Origin: an uncultured delta proteobacterium
GTDB taxonomy: Bacteria > Desulfobacterota > Desulfobulbia > Desulfobulbales > BM004
Assembly (NCBI GenBank): GCA_963783905.1
Contig: CAWAPG010000006.1
Location: forward strand, 23,771-87,770
Length of the DNA: 64,000 bases
Direction: 5' to 3'
Shown: positions 58,972 through 64,000 of the stretch, piece after piece
How positions within the stretch are numbered: position 1 is the first letter of the stretch
How the letters are laid out: each line of letters begins with the position of its first letter
Made by a program: the position numbers and the translations under genes
Notes under the pieces: model-generated
The model's database searches: none
What the model was told of the DNA's origin: nothing
What the model saw: only the letters and a program-made list of their open reading frames with translations

Positions 58972-61077
58972 ATGAAAATATTTAAGAATGGAATCCTTTT
59001 TGCCCTTGCCTGCAGTTTTGCCTTGAGCATGCATGCTGCGGTCTATGCTCAGACTGCAGACCAGAACTCCGAACCGTTAAATGCGGCTCTCACCCCTACA
59101 AAAGAGCAGAAAATAATTAATGTCGATATCGTCGATGAACTCAAATCCCGGCATTATTTGAAAGTTCGGCTGGATGACCAGCTGTCCGCCAAAGTCCTGA
59201 AGCGGTACCTGGATGAACTGGATCCGACTCACAGTTACTTCTATGCCGACGATGTCAAGGAGTTTGAAAGCAAATATCGGTACAAGATCGATGATGCCCT
59301 GGAAAGGGGTGATCTGAAACCCGCGTATGCTATTTTCAACCTCTATGAGAAGCGGGTTGATGAACGGCTCAAATACCTGATCGCCCGGGTTGAGAAGGGC
59401 TTTGACGATATGGATTTCAATATTGAAGAAACCTTGCAGGTTGATCGCAAAGACCTGCCGTGGCCGGATTCGGAAGCGGCAATGAATGAGTTGTGGCGTA
59501 AACGGCTGAAAAATAATGTGCTCAGTCTGAAGCTGGCCGACAAGTCACTTACGGACATCCAGGAAACACTTCTGCGCCGTTTTCGGAATCAGCTGAACCG
59601 GGTGCAGCAGAACAGCAGCGATGACGCCTTTGATTTTTACATAAACGCTCTGGCACTGTCGACAGATCCGCATACCCAGTATTTTTCGCCGCACCGCACC
59701 GAGAACTTTAACATTAATATGAGCCTGTCCCTGGAAGGTATAGGTGCGGTTCTGCAGAGTGATGATGAATACACCAAAATTGTCCGGTTGATCCCGGGAG
59801 GACCGGCCGAACGCTCAAAACTGCTCAAGGCCGCGGATCGCATCGTTGGCGTTGCCCAGGGTGAAGATGGAGAGATGCAGGACATCATTGGCTGGCGTCT
59901 GGACGAAGTGGTGAATAAAATCCGGGGTCCCAAGGGAACGCTGGTGCGTCTGGAAATCATTCCCGCTGATGCGGCGGATTCGCAGCAGACCAAAGTCATC
60001 AATATTACCCGCGACAAGGTGAAACTCGAGGAGCAGGCGGCCAAGAAACAGGTTATTGAAGTAAAGCGGGGCGCCACGGTGTTTAAAATAGGCATAATTG
60101 ATGTTCCGACATTCTATGCCGACTTCAAGGGGATGAATGCCGGGGTGCTGGACTACAAGAGCACTACCAAGGATGTCCAGAAACTGATTGCCGAGCTGCA
60201 GCAGGAAGGAATAGACGGCCTGATCATCGACCTGCGCGACAATGGCGGCGGCTCCCTGCAGGAGGCCAACAGTCTCGTCGGGCTTTTTATCGGCCTGGGG
60301 CCCACGGTTCAGGTTCGCAATGCCAACGGCAGAATTGATATTATCAGGGACCGGGATCCGCGGCTGGTCTATTCAGGTCCGCTGGCGGTTCTGGTTAACC
60401 GGATGAGCGCCTCGGCATCGGAAATTTTTGCCGGTGCGATTCAGGATTACAACCGGGGAATTATAATCGGCGAAGATACGTTCGGCAAAGGCACGGTACA
60501 ATCGCTGCTGCCACTTCCCAAAGGCGAACTGAAGGCAACCACTGCAAAGTATTACCGCATTTCAGGCATAAGCACCCAGCATAAAGGTGTGGTTCCCGAT
60601 CTCTACTATCCGAGCTTCTACAGCTTTGACAATATCGGCGAAAGCTCTTTGCCGGAAGCACTGCCCTGGGATAAGATCAACTCCATTCCGTACCAGACCT
60701 ATTACAATATGGATGACATTGTTCCGGTCCTCAAGCGTCTGCATAACGCCAGGAACAGCAAGAGCCTGGACTATCAGTATGTCCTGGACCGGCGCAAGCG
60801 CAATGAAATGATGACCGGGAAAAAGGAAATCTCGCTGTCTGAGAAGACAAGAATAAAAGAGCGGGAAGAAGCGGATAAGTGGCGCCTGGATCTGGAAAAC
60901 ACCCTGCGCTTGAGCAAGGGTGAGCCGTCCGTGGCAAAAATTTCCGATCTGCATGAGGAAGAGGGACTGGATCCCCACAGTGCCAAGGTAGACGTAAAAA
61001 ACCCGGAAGTGCTCGAGGCCGGAGAGGTAGTTGTTGACTTTATCGAGTTGCTGGAAAAGAAAACCGCCGCCCAGTAG
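58972..61077 (+). CDS. prc: Carboxy-terminal processing (tail-specific) protease, S41 family
   Basis: Signal peptide. PDZ region GIGAVL..IVRLIPGGPAERS. Catalytic DLRDNGGGSL and TFGKGTVQ. Confidence 0.85.
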   Translation: MKIFKNGILFALACSFALSMHAAVYAQTADQNSEPLNAALTPTKEQKIINVDIVDELKSRHYLKVRLDDQLSAKVLKRYLDELDPTHSYFYADDVKEFESKYRYKIDDALERGDLKPAYAIFNLYEKRVDERLKYLIARVEKGFDDMDFNIEETLQVDRKDLPWPDSEAAMNELWRKRLKNNVLSLKLADKSLTDIQETLLRRFRNQLNRVQQNSSDDAFDFYINALALSTDPHTQYFSPHRTENFNINMSLSLEGIGAVLQSDDEYTKIVRLIPGGPAERSKLLKAADRIVGVAQGEDGEMQDIIGWRLDEVVNKIRGPKGTLVRLEIIPADAADSQQTKVINITRDKVKLEEQAAKKQVIEVKRGATVFKIGIIDVPTFYADFKGMNAGVLDYKSTTKDVQKLIAELQQEGIDGLIIDLRDNGGGSLQEANSLVGLFIGLGPTVQVRNANGRIDIIRDRDPRLVYSGPLAVLVNRMSASASEIFAGAIQDYNRGIIIGEDTFGKGTVQSLLPLPKGELKATTAKYYRISGISTQHKGVVPDLYYPSFYSFDNIGESSLPEALPWDKINSIPYQTYYNMDDIVPVLKRLHNARNSKSLDYQYVLDRRKRNEMMTGKKEISLSEKTRIKEREEADKWRLDLENTLRLSKGEPSVAKISDLHEEEGLDPHSAKVDVKNPEVLEAGEVVVDFIELLEKKTAAQ

Positions 61078-61095
61078 CAAAGCGGCGTAGAACGG

Positions 61096-61344
61096 CTACT
61101 GCTTCTGCAGGGCCTTGTCCATTTGCTCCAACCGGTCATCGCCGAGGTTCTGGGTGGCGCGGGCCTTATCCATCGGGGTGCGTATTTTCTTTTCTATGGT
61201 CTCTGCGGCCTGGTCGGTCATCTTCTCTATCCGCCCCTTTTCGACGGTCTGCTGTTCATCCTGTTTGGAACACCCGCCAGGCAGAATAATCAAAGCGCAG
61301 AACGCTGCAGCGGCTAAAAAATAATAGAAGGTTTTTTTTGGCAT
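61096..61344 (-). CDS. Small hypothetical lipoprotein
   Basis: MPKKTFYYFLAAAAFCALIILPGGC lipobox followed by a charged helical region. Start trimmed to ATG 61344. Confidence 0.5.
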   Translation of the reverse strand: MPKKTFYYFLAAAAFCALIILPGGCSKQDEQQTVEKGRIEKMTDQAAETIEKKIRTPMDKARATQNLGDDRLEQMDKALQKQ

Positions 61345-61441
61345 AATTTTTTCCGGCAGCCGGGTCATGGGTGGTGCCGGCTGCATCATCGATTTCGGGT
61401 TTAGCTCCAGGATCGGTAGAAATAAGGATTGAGCCTGGGAA

Positions 61442-62551
61442 TTATTTTTTCTTTTCCTTAACGGCAGTTTTCTTTGCAGCCCCTTTTTTTGTTGTCTTTT
61501 TCGATGCTGTTTTGGCAGCGGTCTTCTTTGCCGGGGCCTTTTTTGAAGCCGACTTGGCGGCTGCTTTCTTGGGTTGTTTCTTTTTGGGCGCCGATTTCTT
61601 TATTGTCGCCGTTGTTCTTGTCTCCTCCTTGATGAACAGGTCGGTTGACAGGTAGCGCTCTCCGGTCGAAGGCAGAACCACGACGATCTGTTTGCCTTCA
61701 TTTTCCGGGCGGGCCGCCAGCTGCATTGCCGCCCAGACCGCCGCCCCGGAAGATATCCCGCAGAGAATCCCCTCCAGCTTGGCCATCTGCCTGGCGGTTT
61801 CAAAGGCATTTTCATTGGTGACCGTCACGATTTCGTCTATGATGCCGGTGTTCAGAACAGCCGGAACAAAGCCGGCGCCGATTCCCTGTATTTTATGGGG
61901 CCCCGGTTTACCGCCGGAGAGGATCGGCGAACCCGCCGGTTCAACCGCCACCGCCTTAAAAGAAGGCTTGCGTTTCTTGATGACTTCCGCCACCCCGGTA
62001 ATGGTGCCGCCTGTACCGACCCCGGCAACAAAGATGTCAACCCGGCCGTCGGTGTCGGCCCAGACTTCCTCCGCCGTGGTCTTGCGGTGTATCTCGGGGT
62101 TGGCCGGATTGGAGAACTGGTTCGGCATATAAGCCTTGGGGTTGTGTTCCACAATATCCTGGGCTTTGTTAATGGCGCCCTTCATGCCCTCATGGCCCGG
62201 GGTAAGAAAGAGTTCTGCTCCCAGATGCCGCAGCAGGGCCCTGCGTTCGAGGCTCATGGTCTCGGGCATGGTGAGGATCAGACGGTATTTCTTGGCGGCG
62301 CAGACAAAGGCCAGGGCAATGCCGGTATTGCCGCTGGTCGGTTCAACTATGGTGGTGTGGGAATCGATAAGCCCTTCATTTTCCGCCGCCTCTATCATGG
62401 AGACGCCGATACGGTCCTTGACGCTGGAGAGAGGATTCTGGAATTCGAGCTTGGCAAGGATTGTACCTTTCAGCCCGGCCGTGATCCTGTTGAGTCTGAC
62501 CAGCGGTGTTTTTCCTACAACCTGTGCAATGTCTCCATTAATCCCGGTCAT
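61442..62551 (-). CDS. cysK: Cysteine synthase A (O-acetylserine sulfhydrylase) with a ~55-aa Lys/Ala-rich C-terminal tail
   Basis: PLP lysine context [31 protein letters not shown]. The tail [52 protein letters not shown] is encoded by 61442-~61610. Confidence 0.9.
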   Translation of the reverse strand: MTGINGDIAQVVGKTPLVRLNRITAGLKGTILAKLEFQNPLSSVKDRIGVSMIEAAENEGLIDSHTTIVEPTSGNTGIALAFVCAAKKYRLILTMPETMSLERRALLRHLGAELFLTPGHEGMKGAINKAQDIVEHNPKAYMPNQFSNPANPEIHRKTTAEEVWADTDGRVDIFVAGVGTGGTITGVAEVIKKRKPSFKAVAVEPAGSPILSGGKPGPHKIQGIGAGFVPAVLNTGIIDEIVTVTNENAFETARQMAKLEGILCGISSGAAVWAAMQLAARPENEGKQIVVVLPSTGERYLSTDLFIKEETRTTATIKKSAPKKKQPKKAAAKSASKKAPAKKTAAKTASKKTTKKGAAKKTAVKEKKK

Positions 62552-62553
62552 GA

Positions 62554-63552
62554 TCAGTTCCCCTTTTTCCGCATTTGTTTCCTGCCGTTGCCGGCATAAA
62601 TGAGTTCCGGACGCTTGAGAAGGACCTTGGTCTCAGGCGGCACACTCTCCGTGATCCAGATGTTGCCGCCGATCACGGACCGCGCCCCGATAACGGTTTC
62701 CCCTCCCAATACCGTAGTATTAGAATATATTATCACATCATCTTCAATAGTCGGGTGTCTTTTTTTATACCGGAACTGATCGCCGGCATTTTTGGGCAGC
62801 GATAAGGCGCCGAGGGTAACGCCCTGGTAAAGCCTGACATGATCCCCGATTTCCGTGGTTTCGCCGATGACAACGCCGGTGCCGTGATCAATAAAAAAAC
62901 TCTCGCCTATGGTGGCGCCGGGGTGGATGTCAATGCCGGTTAAGCTGTGGGCATACTCCGTCATAATGCGCGGAATAACCGGCACCTTGTAGGTATGCAG
63001 CAGGTTGGCCAGCCGGTATATGGAGATTGCCAGCAGTCCCGGGTAGCTGAAAATGATCTCGTCATACCCCTTGGCGGCAGGATCACCCTCATAGGCGGCC
63101 CTGATGTCGGTGTCAAGGAGTCTTTTGACGGTCGGCAGTTTCTGGACAACTTTCAGGGCAATGTCATGGCCCTGCTCCGAGCATTTGGTGCAGGGCAGGT
63201 CAAGCCGGAAGCAGTCGTGCTGAAAGGCCGAGATTATCTGGCGGGACAGGCTCTCCAGAAAACAGGTGGTTTCCTGGCCCAGGTAATATTCCAGGTTGGC
63301 CTGCGCCAGGGTGGACTGGGTAAAGTAGCCGGGGAACATGATCCGCCTGGCCTGGTGGATCAGCTCCACCACCGATTTATTGGAAGGGATCGGGATCGGT
63401 TCCACATGGCTGAAAGAATCCGGGTCAGCCATGATTTCCATCAGGTCTTTGATCACCGGTGGTATGCTCTCATAGAGCGGGGTGGCCGGTTCAATGGCGG
63501 TATCGCATTCCTGGTATGAATCGAGAAATTTTGTCTTCTTTTTTTTCTTCAT
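62554..63552 (-). CDS. cysE: Serine O-acetyltransferase (long N-terminal form)
   Basis: [43 protein letters not shown] hexapeptide core. ATGA overlap with the metW stop. 2 nt from the cysK start. Confidence 0.85.
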   Translation of the reverse strand: MKKKKKTKFLDSYQECDTAIEPATPLYESIPPVIKDLMEIMADPDSFSHVEPIPIPSNKSVVELIHQARRIMFPGYFTQSTLAQANLEYYLGQETTCFLESLSRQIISAFQHDCFRLDLPCTKCSEQGHDIALKVVQKLPTVKRLLDTDIRAAYEGDPAAKGYDEIIFSYPGLLAISIYRLANLLHTYKVPVIPRIMTEYAHSLTGIDIHPGATIGESFFIDHGTGVVIGETTEIGDHVRLYQGVTLGALSLPKNAGDQFRYKKRHPTIEDDVIIYSNTTVLGGETVIGARSVIGGNIWITESVPPETKVLLKRPELIYAGNGRKQMRKKGN

Positions 63553-64000
63553 TTTTTATCTCCCTTGCCGATGAGGAAAATTCCATAGGTGGCACGCCAG
63601 TTCTGGAGAAAACTTACAATATGACCCTGGGTGTCGTGATGATTGGTGTTGATCGCCACCTCCTTGAGAACGGTGCAGCCCTGCTGCCGGGTGAATTTCC
63701 GGAAGTCCTTCAAGGTGATGATCCGGATGTTCGGGGTATTGTACCATTCGTAAGGCAGCTGTTCATTTTTCGGTGCCATGCCGGTGAGCAGGACCTGCAG
63801 CCGGATGGACCAGTGGCTGAAGTTCGGGAAGCTGACGATCACCTTTGTGCCGATGGCAAGAAGCGCTTTCAGCAGCCTTTCCGGGTAATAGACCTGCTGC
63901 AGCGTCTGGCTCAGAATGACATAATCAAAGGTGGAGTCCTGGTAGTCAAGCACCTCCTCATTGATGTCGCCCTGCAGCACCGAGAGCCCCTTGGCAATGC
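63549..64000 (-). CDS. metW: Methionine biosynthesis protein MetW; the 5' end lies beyond the right edge of the window
   Basis: FDYVILSQTLQQVYYPERLL...SFPNFSHWSIRL...LPYEWYNTPNIRIITLKDF is collinear with MetW. The frame is open to position 64000. Confidence 0.75.
   Translation of the reverse strand, partial: IAKGLSVLQGDINEEVLDYQDSTFDYVILSQTLQQVYYPERLLKALLAIGTKVIVSFPNFSHWSIRLQVLLTGMAPKNEQLPYEWYNTPNIRIITLKDFRKFTRQQGCTVLKEVAINTNHHDTQGHIVSFLQNWRATYGIFLIGKGDKK

Overview
This 64-kb window looks like an ordinary chromosomal segment of a Gram-negative bacterium. A lipid A gene set is present. The gene content (selB, treT, lpxI, small ferredoxin, sigma54-like motif, ~52% GC) suggests an anaerobic Desulfobacterota-type organism, but that placement is inference only. 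I support about 55 protein-coding genes, densely packed and almost all housekeeping. In order they are: ilvC, bioB, maf, trmFO and a four-gene trehalose operon (unknown-treT-otsB-otsA). Next come mutL, PBP1A, der, a murU-like/amgK-like pair and lpxD-fabZ-lpxA-lpxI. These are followed by a NamZ-like gene, a UDP-sugar dehydrogenase, glmS, pyrE, a ferredoxin, dgkA, hflX, selB, an Mrp ATPase and hsp20-lon. The window ends with an ispH fusion, ftsY, djlA, an aminotransferase, cdaA-cdaR-glmM, a nitroreductase, recB-recD, prc and metW-cysE-cysK. I found no rRNA, tRNA, CRISPR array, transposase, integrase, phage gene or recognisable defence gene. I cannot point to a clear new protein-based system. The unusual signals are mostly non-coding or architectural. 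(1) A multi-hairpin repeat family occurs in two copies (6261-6858 and 19497-19788), and compensatory stem changes between the copies argue for selection on structure. (2) A 13-copy octanucleotide array (YAYTCCAN, or NTGGARTR on the transcribed strand) sits between the murU-like and amgK-like genes. (3) Five frameshifts are confined to the cdaA-cdaR-glmM operon, while the other ~62 kb read cleanly. (4) IspH is fused to a UbiA-type prenyltransferase domain. (5) CysK carries a histone-H1-like Lys/Ala tail. (6) An internally duplicated unknown protein is translationally coupled to treT. All family assignments come from motif recognition by eye, and no database search was run.
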